Shown in pieces: positions 49,990 through 60,024 of a stretch of DNA of 64,000 nt. Within the stretch, counting starts at the first letter, position 1, and each line of letters starts with the position of its first letter. Below the pieces are notes generated by a model that saw only the letters and a list, made by a program, of their open reading frames with translations, had not been told where the DNA came from and ran no database searches. The translations under genes and the position numbers were made by a program. Location: the NCBI GenBank assembly GCA_008501635.1, contig QQUJ01000004.1, forward strand, positions 3,085 through 67,084. Reading direction: 5' to 3'. This DNA comes from Pseudomonadota bacterium (lineage in GTDB: Bacteria > Pseudomonadota > Gammaproteobacteria > QQUJ01).

Positions 49990-50052
49990 CCGGTGGGAGC
50001 GGCGGAAGCCGCGAATCGATGCGGCCAATCGCGGCTTCCGCCGCGCCTACGG
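49990..50052. repeat. REP doublet (inverted GTRG-type REPs)
   Basis: GTGGGAGCGGCGGAAGCCGCGA...TCGCGGCTTCCGCCGCGCCTAC. Confidence 0.8.
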
Positions 50053-50063
50053 TTGAATCCGCT

Positions 50064-50495
50064 ATGACCAGGATCGATTTCTATGTACTCCCCGAGCAGG
50101 GTCGCGGCAGTCGCGAGCTGCTCGCCTGCCGCCTGACCGAGAAGGCCTACGACCGCGGCCATCGCATCTTCATCCATACCGCGACCCGCGAACAGGCGGA
50201 GACGCTGGACAGCCTGCTCTGGACCTACCGCGACGAAAGTTTCCTCCCCCACGCGCTGTGCACCCAAGAACTGGCGGACGATTCACCGATTCAGATCGGG
50301 CACAGCGAGGAGCCGCGCGGCAACTGCGACGTGCTGATCAATCTCAGCCTCGAAGTCCCCGCCTTCTTCAGCCGCTTTGAACGGGTCGCCGAACTGGTGG
50401 GATCCGGCAATGATGAACGGCAGCGCGCACGCGAGGCATTTCGCTTCTACAAAGACCGCGGCTATCCCCTCGACACGCATCAGCTGAAATCGTAA
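50064..50495 (+). CDS. holC: DNA polymerase III chi subunit
   Basis: MTRIDFYVL, ACRLTEKA, LWTYRDESFLPH. Confidence 0.95.
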   Translation: MTRIDFYVLPEQGRGSRELLACRLTEKAYDRGHRIFIHTATREQAETLDSLLWTYRDESFLPHALCTQELADDSPIQIGHSEEPRGNCDVLINLSLEVPAFFSRFERVAELVGSGNDERQRAREAFRFYKDRGYPLDTHQLKS

Positions 50496-50665
50496 ACATC
50501 TATTCGCAATGCTTGACGCGCGCAACCGCAATCACCGCGATGGCTGGACAGGTTCTAAAAGAGCGCGTCAATCCGGCCAAGACGGCATCCATCCTGACGA
50601 CGCTGCCTGGCATCGCCATGCCGCGCCTGACTCGCTGAAAGCTTTCGAGCGCCCCCGATCCCGGC

Positions 50666-51967
50666 TTACTTTTCCAACAACGTCTGGATGAGGTCGATGA
50701 CATCGGGCGCCACCCAGTCCAGAGCACCATAGTAGCCATAGTGAATGCGCCCGTTACCGTCCAACAGGTAGTTGGAGGGATAGGCGTACACCTTCCAGCT
50801 CTTGATCGCCTCGCCGTTGCTATCGAGAAGGACGGGAAAGTCGACAGGATGTTGCTCAAGAAACTTCCTGATCACCGCCTCCTGTTCGCCGACGTTGATC
50901 GTTAGCAGCTGAAAATCCCGATTCGCCATTCTCCTGTTCAACTCATTCAGCGACGGGATCTCCTTGACGCAGGGTGGACACCAGGTCGCCCAGAAATTGA
51001 TCAGCACCACCTTGCCGCGATAAGCGGAGAGCCGATGGCGATTTCCCTGCAGATCATCGAGCTCGATGTCGGGCAGATCCTGCGGTCCGCGATAGGGCGC
51101 AAGGCGCGGCTCTGCCACCGCCTGGCGCCTGTAGTTCTCCGGGTCTCGGGATGCAGCGGCGCGTTTCGGGGATTCGATCTTCGCCATTTTTGCCATCGCA
51201 TGGTGCAATCGCGCGGGTAGTTCGCGCCGGGCACTGAGTTCGGCGTCCGACAGATCGTCAGCGGAGCGCGCCTCAAATCCCGACTGGACGCCCTTCTGTT
51301 CTTCATAGGTCACCGGACTTCCACCCACTTCGAGCGCTTCGACGAGTTCTTCCACGCGCCAGTACTTTTCGGAAAGCGTCGGCTGGAGAACAAGAACCGG
51401 GAGATTGGTCTCGTGCACCACTGAGAGAAAACGATTGTCTTCGCCGAGTTTTGGACTGCCCTGGTAGAGAAACGGGCTAAGCAGTAGAAGTCCGCGAAGA
51501 TCCCTGCGCCCCGCGGCGCGCAACTGCATTTCCCGCGCCGTCTGCAACGCCAACCCCGCGCCCTTGCCTGAGGCCATCAGGAACAGGGTCTCTTTACCGG
51601 CGGCCAGTATCTTCTCGGCCAGTTCCACCACATCCGCGACGGGAAATTCCTGAATACTTTCTCTTCCCGGGGCTACGAAGTAGGCGGTATGGAGATCCGC
51701 CATCCAGACCTCGTATCCCAGCGATGCCAATGCCGCTGCCGTCACATCCTGACCGGCCCTTACGCCGTACTCCGAGGGCAGCCAGAGCAGAGCAGCTTTG
51801 CCTTGCCCCGCAAAATGTTTGACCCGTATTTCCGCCCCGCTCTGCACCTCGACATTGCGAATCTCGGTTTCAGCGTGCGCGGCGAAGACAAAGCTGTTCG
51901 CCAGCAGCATAGCGACCAGCAGCTTCACGACCGGCTTACCGAACAACACGAGATACCTGTACCACAT
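50666..51967 (-). CDS. Secreted alpha/beta-hydrolase-like domain fused to TlpA thioredoxin
   Basis: Signal peptide, hydrolase-fold pattern with no GxSxG, C-terminal NFWATWCPPC. Confidence 0.75.
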   Translation of the reverse strand: MWYRYLVLFGKPVVKLLVAMLLANSFVFAAHAETEIRNVEVQSGAEIRVKHFAGQGKAALLWLPSEYGVRAGQDVTAAALASLGYEVWMADLHTAYFVAPGRESIQEFPVADVVELAEKILAAGKETLFLMASGKGAGLALQTAREMQLRAAGRRDLRGLLLLSPFLYQGSPKLGEDNRFLSVVHETNLPVLVLQPTLSEKYWRVEELVEALEVGGSPVTYEEQKGVQSGFEARSADDLSDAELSARRELPARLHHAMAKMAKIESPKRAAASRDPENYRRQAVAEPRLAPYRGPQDLPDIELDDLQGNRHRLSAYRGKVVLINFWATWCPPCVKEIPSLNELNRRMANRDFQLLTINVGEQEAVIRKFLEQHPVDFPVLLDSNGEAIKSWKVYAYPSNYLLDGNGRIHYGYYGALDWVAPDVIDLIQTLLEK

Positions 51968-52230
51968 ATCCGAAATCCATCAGACAAGGAAGAAAACAGC
52001 GGCGGCGTTGGGCGCAGCGGTTCACGAAAGTTACGCTGATCATTCCTCACTCTCAAGCTGCAATCCCTGAGCGCGGTGACGGCACATCACGAAGGGATAC
52101 CCGGGTCAGACGCGAAACCCCCTTAAGTCAGAAAGAAATTATGGCTATAATCAGCCACTTCCTGCGGACCGGGTGAACAACCCGGTCCTTTGCTTTTATC
52201 GAAAACGTTCAACACGCGGATCGGGCCCGG

Positions 52231-55080
52231 ATGGACAAGACTTACGACCCCCACGCCATCGAACAGCGCTGGTACAACACCTGGGAGGATCAGGGCTACT
52301 TCGCCCCGGCCGGCGCAGGCGAGCCCTACTGCATCATGATCCCGCCGCCCAATGTCACCGGTACGCTGCACATGGGGCACGGCTTCAACAACACCCTGAT
52401 GGATACGCTGACCCGCTACTACCGCATGTGCGGGCGCAACGCCCTGTGGCAGCCCGGCACCGACCATGCCGGTATCGCCACTCAGATGGTGGTGGAGCGC
52501 CAGCTCAACGCGGAGCAGAAGACCCGCCACGATCTCGGTCGTGACGCCTTCATCGACCGCGTCTGGACCTGGCGCGCCGAATCGGGCGGCACCATCACCC
52601 GCCAGCTGCGCCGCCTGGGTGCCTCGCTTGACTGGGCGAACGAGCGCTTCACCATGGACGAAGGGCTCTCCAAGGCGGTCCAGGAGGTCTTCATCCGCCT
52701 CTACGACACCGGGCTGATCTACCGCGGCAAGCGGCTGGTGAACTGGGACCCGGTGCTGCACACCGCGGTCTCCGATCTGGAAGTGGTCTCCGAGGAGGAG
52801 CAGGGCCACCTCTGGCACCTGCGTTATCCGCTCAGCGACGCTGCACAGGGACGTGCGAGTGCCGCGGGAGGCAGGACGCCGGGAGCGGCCGGCGAAGACT
52901 ATCTCATTGTCGCCACCACCCGCCCCGAGACCATGCTCGGCGACACCGCCGTCGCCGTGCACCCTGACGATGAGCGCTTCCAGGCGCTGATCGGCAAGAC
53001 GGTGATGCTGCCTTTGGCGAACCGCGAGATCCCCATCATCGCCGACGACTACGTCGACCCGGAGTTCGGCTCCGGCTGCGTGAAGATCACCCCGGCCCAC
53101 GATTTCAATGACTACGCCATCGGCCAGCGCCACGAGCTGGAGATGATCAACATCCTCACCATCGACGCCCGGATCAACGACAACGCGCCGGAGAAATATC
53201 GCGGCCTTGACCGTTACGAGGCGCGCAAGCAGGTGGTGGCCGATCTCGACGCCCTGGGTCTGCTGGAGAAGATCGACGATCACAAACTGATAGTGCCGCG
53301 CGGCGATCGCTCCGGCGCGGTGGTCGAGCCCTACCTCACCGATCAGTGGTTCGTCGACCTCACCCGGGAGACGCTGGACGACGGCAGCCCCGGCGGCTGG
53401 ACCGCCATCACCAAACCGGCGCTCGACGTCGTCGCCAGCGGCGATATCAAGTTCGTGCCGACCAACTGGGTCAACACCTACAACCAGTGGTTGGAGAATA
53501 TCCAGGACTGGTGCATCTCGCGCCAGATCTGGTGGGGCCACCGCATCCCCGCCTGGTACGACGCCGAGGGCAACTGCTACGTGGCCGAGTCCGAGGATGA
53601 TGTGCGCAAGAAATACCGGCTTGCCGATGACCTGATGCTGACCCAGGACAACGACGTGCTCGACACCTGGTTCAGCTCCGCTCTATGGCCCTTCTCCACC
53701 CTGGGCTGGCCGGAGCAGACCGAGCGGCTCAAGCTCTTCTACCCCACCTCGGTGCTGATCACCGGCTTCGACATCATCTTTTTCTGGGTGGCGCGCATGG
53801 TGATGATGGGCCTCTACGTCATGGAGGAGGTACCGTTCCGCGAGGTCTACATCCACGGCCTGGTGCGCGACGCCCACGGGCAGAAGATGTCGAAATCCAA
53901 GGGCAACATCCTCGACCCCATCGATCTGATCGACGGTATCGAACTCGATGCGCTGCTGAAAAAGCGCACTACCGGCATGATGCAGCCGCAGATGGCGAAG
54001 AAGATCGAGAAGCAGACCAGGGAGGAGTTCCCCGACGGCATTCCCGCCTACGGCACCGATGCGCTGCGCTTTACCTTTGCGGCGCTGGCCTCACCCGGGC
54101 GCGACATCAACTTCGACATGGGCCGCCTCGAAGGCAACCGCAACTTCTGCAACAAGCTGTGGAATGCGGCGCGCTACGTGTTGATGAACACCGAAGAAAA
54201 AGATTGTGGCGCAGAAGGCGGCGATCTCGAATTCTCGACCGCCGACCGCTGGATCATCTCGCGCCTGCAGCGCACCGAACAACTGGTCAATGAAGCCCTC
54301 GCCAACTACCGCTTCGATCATGCCGCGCAGGCCCTGTTCGAGTTCACCAAGAACGAATACTGCGACTGGTATCTGGAACTCTCCAAGCCGGTGCTTACGA
54401 GTGAGACAAGCAGCGCCGCGCAGCAACGCGGCACGCGCTGGACGCTGGTGAACGTGCTGGAAGCGCTGTTGCGCCTGATCCACCCGGTGATGCCCTATAT
54501 CACCGAGGAGATCTGGCAGCGTGTTGCGCCTCTGGCCGGCAAAGAGGGCGCGACCATCATGCAGCGCCCCTATCCGCAACCCGAGGCGGAAAAGATCGAT
54601 GCCGAGGCGGAGGCGGAGATGCGCTGGGTGATGGAGTTCATCATGGGCATCCGCCGCATCCGCGGCGAGATGAACATTGCGCCCGGCAAGGCGCTTCCCG
54701 TGCTTTTGGAAAACGCCGGCGCCAGCGACATCGCCCGCGCCGAAAAGTACGGCGCATGGCTGCAGTTCCTGGCACGCACCGAATCCATTACGCCGGTTAG
54801 CGGTGAGGCCCCCGAGTCGGCAACCGCACTGGTCGGTGAAATGAAGGTGTTGATTCCGCTGGCGGGGTTGATCGACAAGGATGCGGAGCTGGCGCGCCTC
54901 GACAAAGAGATCGGCAAGCTGCAAAAAGAGGTGGAACGCGGCGCAGGCAAACTCGGCAATGCCAACTTCGTCGACCGCGCCCCGGCCGAGGTGGTGGAGA
55001 AAGAGCGCCAGCGTGTCGCGGAGATGAAAACCTCGCTCGGTAACCTGGAAGCGCAGCGATCAAAGATCGCGGCGTTGTGA
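52231..55080 (+). CDS. valS: Valine--tRNA ligase
   Basis: [25 protein letters not shown]-terminal coiled coil. Confidence 0.98.
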   Translation: MDKTYDPHAIEQRWYNTWEDQGYFAPAGAGEPYCIMIPPPNVTGTLHMGHGFNNTLMDTLTRYYRMCGRNALWQPGTDHAGIATQMVVERQLNAEQKTRHDLGRDAFIDRVWTWRAESGGTITRQLRRLGASLDWANERFTMDEGLSKAVQEVFIRLYDTGLIYRGKRLVNWDPVLHTAVSDLEVVSEEEQGHLWHLRYPLSDAAQGRASAAGGRTPGAAGEDYLIVATTRPETMLGDTAVAVHPDDERFQALIGKTVMLPLANREIPIIADDYVDPEFGSGCVKITPAHDFNDYAIGQRHELEMINILTIDARINDNAPEKYRGLDRYEARKQVVADLDALGLLEKIDDHKLIVPRGDRSGAVVEPYLTDQWFVDLTRETLDDGSPGGWTAITKPALDVVASGDIKFVPTNWVNTYNQWLENIQDWCISRQIWWGHRIPAWYDAEGNCYVAESEDDVRKKYRLADDLMLTQDNDVLDTWFSSALWPFSTLGWPEQTERLKLFYPTSVLITGFDIIFFWVARMVMMGLYVMEEVPFREVYIHGLVRDAHGQKMSKSKGNILDPIDLIDGIELDALLKKRTTGMMQPQMAKKIEKQTREEFPDGIPAYGTDALRFTFAALASPGRDINFDMGRLEGNRNFCNKLWNAARYVLMNTEEKDCGAEGGDLEFSTADRWIISRLQRTEQLVNEALANYRFDHAAQALFEFTKNEYCDWYLELSKPVLTSETSSAAQQRGTRWTLVNVLEALLRLIHPVMPYITEEIWQRVAPLAGKEGATIMQRPYPQPEAEKIDAEAEAEMRWVMEFIMGIRRIRGEMNIAPGKALPVLLENAGASDIARAEKYGAWLQFLARTESITPVSGEAPESATALVGEMKVLIPLAGLIDKDAELARLDKEIGKLQKEVERGAGKLGNANFVDRAPAEVVEKERQRVAEMKTSLGNLEAQRSKIAAL
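52840..52890 (+). repeat. Structured insertion of about 50 bp, in frame within valS
   Basis: Encodes [17 protein letters not shown]; contains hairpins GCAC-AGGGAC-GTGC and GCCGC..GGC-AGGAC-GCC..GCGGC. Confidence 0.6.
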
Positions 55081-55100
55081 ACAGTTGGAAGAAACTTTTC

Positions 55101-55496
55101 ACCACAAAGTACACAAAGTAAGGCGTTTTTAACTTCGTGAACTTTGTGTACTTAGTGGTAAATCGCTTTTGCTTTTGAGCAGTTGTAGGTTGGGCTGGCG
55201 CCGCGCAACCCAACTGCGGCCAAGGAAAATGAACTGATAACCACAACGTACAAGAAGTGCGCAAAGTAAGGCGTTTTTTAACTTCGTGAACTTTGTGGTA
55301 AATAGCATTTTCAGTTTTTCAGTTGTAGGTCGGGTTTGCGCGATATAATCCGATATTATTGAATTAGACGATCGTTGGGTCACGCCGCGCCGACCCAACT
55401 ACGGCCAAGGGAAAAGAACCGTTAACCACAAAGTACACGAAGTGCACAAAGTAAGGCGTTTTTAACTTCGTGTACTTTGTGTACTTCGTGGTAAAT
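55101..55496. repeat. Mosaic array: three 9-nt-periodic palindromes alternating with two REP-like units
   Basis: Core AAAGTAAGGCGTTTTT(T)AACTTCGTG x3; GTAGGT(T/C)GGG...CCCAACT(G/A)C x2. Confidence 0.85.
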
Positions 55497-55532
55497 TGCG
55501 TTTCCAGTTTTTGCAGTCAAACGAGATTGGCA

Positions 55533-55928
55533 ATGACAACCGAAGAGATTCTAAAGCTGGTGGATTTCACCAAGGGCAACGGCCTGGTCACCGCCATCGC
55601 CCAGGATGCCGAGACCGGCGAGATCCTGATGCTGGCCAACATGAACGAGGAGTCGCTGCGCAAGACCCTGGAGTGCGGCGAAGCGGTCTACTGGAGCCGC
55701 TCGCGCTCCAGGCTCTGGCACAAGGGCGAAGAGAGCGGCAACGTGCAGCGGGTGAAGGAGCTGTTCATCGACTGCGACGGTGACGCGGTGCTGATGAAGA
55801 TCGAGCAGATCGGTCGCGCCGCCTGCCACACCGGCAAGCGCAGCTGCTTCTTCCGCAAGATCGACCACGGCAAAGTCGAGGACATTGGCGAGCAGGTCTT
55901 TGATCCGAAGCAGGTATACGGAAAGTAG
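55533..55928 (+). CDS. hisI: Phosphoribosyl-AMP cyclohydrolase
   Basis: [29 protein letters not shown]. Confidence 0.96.
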   Translation: MTTEEILKLVDFTKGNGLVTAIAQDAETGEILMLANMNEESLRKTLECGEAVYWSRSRSRLWHKGEESGNVQRVKELFIDCDGDAVLMKIEQIGRAACHTGKRSCFFRKIDHGKVEDIGEQVFDPKQVYGK

Positions 55929-55939
55929 GATTGAGTCTA

Positions 55940-56121
55940 TTTCGCGCTAAGTCGCAGAGTACGCGAAGCGTGCAAAGAAATATCCAAGAAACAAACTGGT
56001 TCGATAACTGTAGCTGAAAACATTGCTCGTCACGGCGACTAGACACCATTCAGTAGCTTACATTCAACGAATTCATTGAGCTCCTTTGCGAACTTAGCGT
56101 TCTTCGCAACTTCGCACGAGA
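55940..56121. repeat. 9-nt-periodic inverted repeat between hisI and hisG
   Basis: TTCGCGCTAAGTCGCAGAGTACGCGAAG...CTTAGCGTTCTTCGCAACTTCGCACGAG. Confidence 0.65.
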
Positions 56122-56136
56122 CCAAGAGGTTTCAAC

Positions 56137-57021
56137 ATGACAGACGACACCAACACCCTGCGCATCGGCATCCCCAAGGGCAGTCTGCAGGAGACCACCA
56201 GAAAACTCTTCGACCTGGCCGGCTTCAATCTCAACATCTCGGGCCGCTCCTACTACCCGAGCATCGACGATAGGGAGATCCAGTGCATCCTGATCCGCCC
56301 GCAGGAGATGGCGCGCTACGTGGAACAGGGCGTGCTCGATTGCGCCATAACCGGTCTGGACTGGATCGTCGAGACCGGCGCTGACGTTGAGGAACTCGCC
56401 GACCTGCAGGCCCCCTGGCCCAACTACGGCGTGGTGCGCTGGGTGTTGGCGGTCAAGGAGAACGCCGAGTTCAAGAGCGTGAAGGATCTGGAGGGCAAAC
56501 GCATCGCCACCGAGGCGGTGGGGCTCACCAACTTTTTTCTCAAGGAGCACGGCGTCAACGCCCACGTGGAATTTTCCTGGGGCGCCACCGAGGTGAAGCC
56601 GCCGATCCTCGCCGACGCCATCGTCGACATCTCCGAAACCGGCTCCAGCCTGCGCGCCAACAGCCTGCGTGTCATGCATGTGGTTCAGGAGAGCACACCG
56701 CGTTTCATCGCCAATCGCGACGCGCTCGAACACGGCTGGAAGAAGGACAAGATGGATCGGATGCTGATGCTGCTCAAGGGCGCCATCGCCGCCTCGACCC
56801 GCGTCATGCTGGCGATGAATGTGCCGCGTGACAATATTCAGCGGGTGCTCGAGATTCTGCCCTCGCTGGGCACGCCCACCATCTCGACACTGGCCGATGA
56901 GTCGTGGGTCGACATCAGCGCGGTCATCGAAGAGAAATTCGTGCGCGACATGATTCCCCGGCTTTCCGCCGCCGGAGCGCGCGGTATCATCGAGTTGCCG
57001 TTGAACAAGATCATCGACTGA
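56137..57021 (+). CDS. hisG: ATP phosphoribosyltransferase, long form
   Basis: GIPKGSLQE, RPQEM, FSWGATEVK, DISETGSSL, C-terminal regulatory domain. Confidence 0.95.
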   Translation: MTDDTNTLRIGIPKGSLQETTRKLFDLAGFNLNISGRSYYPSIDDREIQCILIRPQEMARYVEQGVLDCAITGLDWIVETGADVEELADLQAPWPNYGVVRWVLAVKENAEFKSVKDLEGKRIATEAVGLTNFFLKEHGVNAHVEFSWGATEVKPPILADAIVDISETGSSLRANSLRVMHVVQESTPRFIANRDALEHGWKKDKMDRMLMLLKGAIAASTRVMLAMNVPRDNIQRVLEILPSLGTPTISTLADESWVDISAVIEEKFVRDMIPRLSAAGARGIIELPLNKIID

Positions 57022-57133
57022 CCGACGCCAACTCATTGCACTGAAAAGGTGGTAAATCCGAACAGCCGGAAGCTGAGTCAGGCGTGGTCTTTATCCGGTT
57101 TTTTGAAAGCGACCCGCTGTAAGTGGCAAAGGA

Positions 57134-58219
57134 TCAGGCAGCCAATATCCGTACCTGCGCGACATTCAGATCCATGGCAATGACATCGTCGATCTGAAAG
57201 CTGCGACCGCCGATTTCGTGACCGTCATCGACCAGGATAGCCTTACCCTCCTGCTCGACCAGATAACGGATTATGTTTCCCAGGAATTCGCGGTGAACGA
57301 TACGACCATTGAGCCGCACATGCCCGACCTGGCAAGGCTCATGGTTCTCAACGATACGCAGATTCTGGGGCCTGAACATGGCTGTTGCCTGGCCGGGGCT
57401 TTTGGCTTCGGTGTCCAGCGGAATCCTCACATCGCCCGCTGCATAGAACACGCCCCGTGCTCCCTCTCTGCGCACTTCTCCGTCCAGCAGGTTGGCAGTA
57501 CCGAGAAAACTGGCAACGAAACGGTTATCGGGATGATCGTAGAGGGCCACGGGTGTCCCGACCTGCTGCAACACGCCATCGTTGAGAACCGCCATGCGAT
57601 CGGCAATGGTATTGGCCTCTTCCTGATCATGAGTAACGAAGATGGTGGTAATACCCAATCGCTGTTGCAACTCGCGTATGTCGCGACGCATCTGGATGCG
57701 CAGATTGGCATCTAGATTGGAAAGAGGCTCGTCGAGCAACAGGACACGCGGTTCGATCACGATGGTCCGCGCCAGAGCAACACGCTGCTGCTGTCCTCCG
57801 GAAAGTTGTGCCGGGCGGCGTGTCGCGAATTCACCCAGCCCAACCACCTCCAAAGCAGCGTCGACACGTTTTCTGATCTCCCCGCGAGACAGTCTTCGCT
57901 CTTCCAGGCCGAAAGCGACGTTCTTGGCCACCGTCATGTGCGGCCAGAGCGCGTAATTCTGAAACACCATCCCCACGTTGCGCTTCCAGGGCGGTAGCTG
58001 CGTGACATCCTCACCGCCAATCAGGACCTGTCCTGTCGGCGCCGGCCCGAACCCTGCGATCAGACGCAGAAGAGTGGATTTACCTGAACCCGAAGGCCCA
58101 AGGAAGGCGAAAAATTCGCCAGGCACAATCTCCAGATCGATGTCGCGCAGGATCTGGTTGTCGCCAAAAGCCAGACCCACTTTGTGTAGTTGAATACTGA
58201 CGCTGCTGGTATCAATCAT
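57134..58219 (-). CDS. ABC ATP-binding subunit (FbpC/PotA family, TOBE domain)
   Basis: GPSGSGKS, FQNYALWPH, LSGGQQQRV. Confidence 0.9.
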   Translation of the reverse strand: MIDTSSVSIQLHKVGLAFGDNQILRDIDLEIVPGEFFAFLGPSGSGKSTLLRLIAGFGPAPTGQVLIGGEDVTQLPPWKRNVGMVFQNYALWPHMTVAKNVAFGLEERRLSRGEIRKRVDAALEVVGLGEFATRRPAQLSGGQQQRVALARTIVIEPRVLLLDEPLSNLDANLRIQMRRDIRELQQRLGITTIFVTHDQEEANTIADRMAVLNDGVLQQVGTPVALYDHPDNRFVASFLGTANLLDGEVRREGARGVFYAAGDVRIPLDTEAKSPGQATAMFRPQNLRIVENHEPCQVGHVRLNGRIVHREFLGNIIRYLVEQEGKAILVDDGHEIGGRSFQIDDVIAMDLNVAQVRILAA

Positions 58220-58228
58220 TGCTGTTGC

Positions 58229-59950
58229 TCATCCCACCATGGGTTCGATTTCGGCGACCACGCGCGTAGTGGTTTGCATTCTCCGGCTACGCTCGATGAT
58301 GCGATGGGACAGATAAGTGCCGACTCCAACAATCACCACCGCGATGATGCCCAGCGCCGCCCCAGGCCCGCGCCCCGCCGCCGATTGCATGAAGACATAA
58401 ATACCATAGGCAAGCGGTGCATCCGACTGCTGTGATACCAGCATCAGTGTTGCCGACAACTCGACCGCCGCCGTGGCAAAGCTGGTGACAAATCCGGCAA
58501 GAATACCGCCCGACATCAGCGGTACGACGATCCGCCACACAACGCGTGATTTGGTGGCACCCAGATTTTCCGCCGCCTCCTCCAGCGTGACGCTGACCTG
58601 TTGCAGAGCGGCTACGCAAGCGCGCAGGGCATAGGGCAAACGCCGGATCGAAAGCGCAATCACCAGAATGATCCACCACGACGCCAGCGGCTGACCGCTC
58701 CAGGGAACCTCCCAGCCAAGAAACGTACGCAAATAGCCGATACCCAACACCACGCCGGGAACGGCCAGGGCCGCGGTCGCAGCGTAGTCGAGCCATTTTC
58801 GACCCGGCAATCCGGTGCGCCATACGATGTAGGCAATCGCGGTACCGATGACGACGTCGATACTCGCTGCGATACCGGCGTACAACAAGGTATTGGTGAT
58901 GTATTGGGACGAGGTTTCGAAGACGCGCAGATAGTGCTCGATCGTGTAGGCATCGGGCAGCACCGCATACGACCATACCGTACCGAAGGACAAGATCAGC
59001 AACCCAAGATGGGGCGCCAACACGAAAGCCAGAATCACCAAAATCAGCGCATAGGCCCCGGCCTTTTCCCACGGGCGCAGATCGCGCTTCAACAATCCGC
59101 CACCGCCCTTCTGCACGGAAGCGTAGTCGCGGCCGCGAAAAGCCAGGAACGATACCCACAATGAAAATATCGAAAACAGCACCAGGATGACAGAAATCAC
59201 ATACCCCATGGGATCGGTGATGCCGATCGACGAGATGCGCAGATAGGCCTGCGGCGCCAGCATCTTGTTGACGTTGAGCAGCAAGGGCGTACCGAGATCG
59301 TCGAACACCTTGAGAAACACCAGCGCGGCGCCGGCGACATAGCCGGGTAGTGCCAACGGAAACACGATGCGCCGAAACAGACGCAACCCGCTGGAACCGA
59401 GGTTCTGCCCCGCCTCTTCCAGCGAGCGATCGATATTTGCCAGACTCGCGGACAGGTTGGTAAGTATGAACGGAAAGTAGTGGATGCTCTCCACCAGTAT
59501 CACACCGTTCAGTCCCTCCATGAACGGTACGTTGATACCGAAGTATTCATCCAACAACAAGTTGACGCTGCCGTTGCTGCCAAACAGCAACTGCATCGCA
59601 ACCGCTCCGACGAAGGGCGGCATGATCAGCGGTATCACGCCTAGCGTCTGAATCAGCAGTGACCCGCCGAAATTGAAGCGCGTCGTGAAATACGCCAACG
59701 GGAGCGCGATAGCCGTTGCCAGAGCTACGGACATACTGGCAACGTAGAGCGAATTCCAGAATGACTCGACGAACAGCGAGGTGCGGAAAAAATCCTGAAA
59801 GTTGACGAGCGTGAAAGCACCCGTATGCGGATCCTGGAAAGCGACCAGGATCACCTTCAGTACAGGGACGATCAAAAACGCAATCAGAAATATGGCAAGG
59901 GCCAGCCCGACTCCGGCCGGCCCCCATGGCGTGCGATGCGAAAAAAACAT
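58229..59950 (-). CDS. ABC permease, FbpB-like double domain
   Basis: Two EAA loops (LEEAGQNLG, LEEAAENLGA). Confidence 0.9.
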   Translation of the reverse strand: MFFSHRTPWGPAGVGLALAIFLIAFLIVPVLKVILVAFQDPHTGAFTLVNFQDFFRTSLFVESFWNSLYVASMSVALATAIALPLAYFTTRFNFGGSLLIQTLGVIPLIMPPFVGAVAMQLLFGSNGSVNLLLDEYFGINVPFMEGLNGVILVESIHYFPFILTNLSASLANIDRSLEEAGQNLGSSGLRLFRRIVFPLALPGYVAGAALVFLKVFDDLGTPLLLNVNKMLAPQAYLRISSIGITDPMGYVISVILVLFSIFSLWVSFLAFRGRDYASVQKGGGGLLKRDLRPWEKAGAYALILVILAFVLAPHLGLLILSFGTVWSYAVLPDAYTIEHYLRVFETSSQYITNTLLYAGIAASIDVVIGTAIAYIVWRTGLPGRKWLDYAATAALAVPGVVLGIGYLRTFLGWEVPWSGQPLASWWIILVIALSIRRLPYALRACVAALQQVSVTLEEAAENLGATKSRVVWRIVVPLMSGGILAGFVTSFATAAVELSATLMLVSQQSDAPLAYGIYVFMQSAAGRGPGAALGIIAVVIVGVGTYLSHRIIERSRRMQTTTRVVAEIEPMVG

Positions 59951-59978
59951 GGTCTAGGTGATTATCCTGGCACATGAC

Positions 59979-60012
59979 GCGAAGGCGGAGCAGTCACCTG
60001 CTCCGCCTTCGC
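59979..60012. other. 15-bp stem intercistronic hairpin (mRNA stabiliser or attenuator)
   Basis: GCGAAGGCGGAGCAG-TCAC-CTGCTCCGCCTTCGC right after the solute-binding gene. Confidence 0.7.
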
Positions 60013-60024
60013 AGTCAATCGGTA

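Noticed and set aside
53355-53410. Second ValS insert ([19 protein letters not shown])
   Set aside because: No palindromic DNA structure; looks like an ordinary lineage-specific protein loop
55101-55496. Possible CRISPR array (25-bp core repeated three times)
   Set aside because: Intervening sequences are long, unequal, related to each other and REP-like; no cas genes are present
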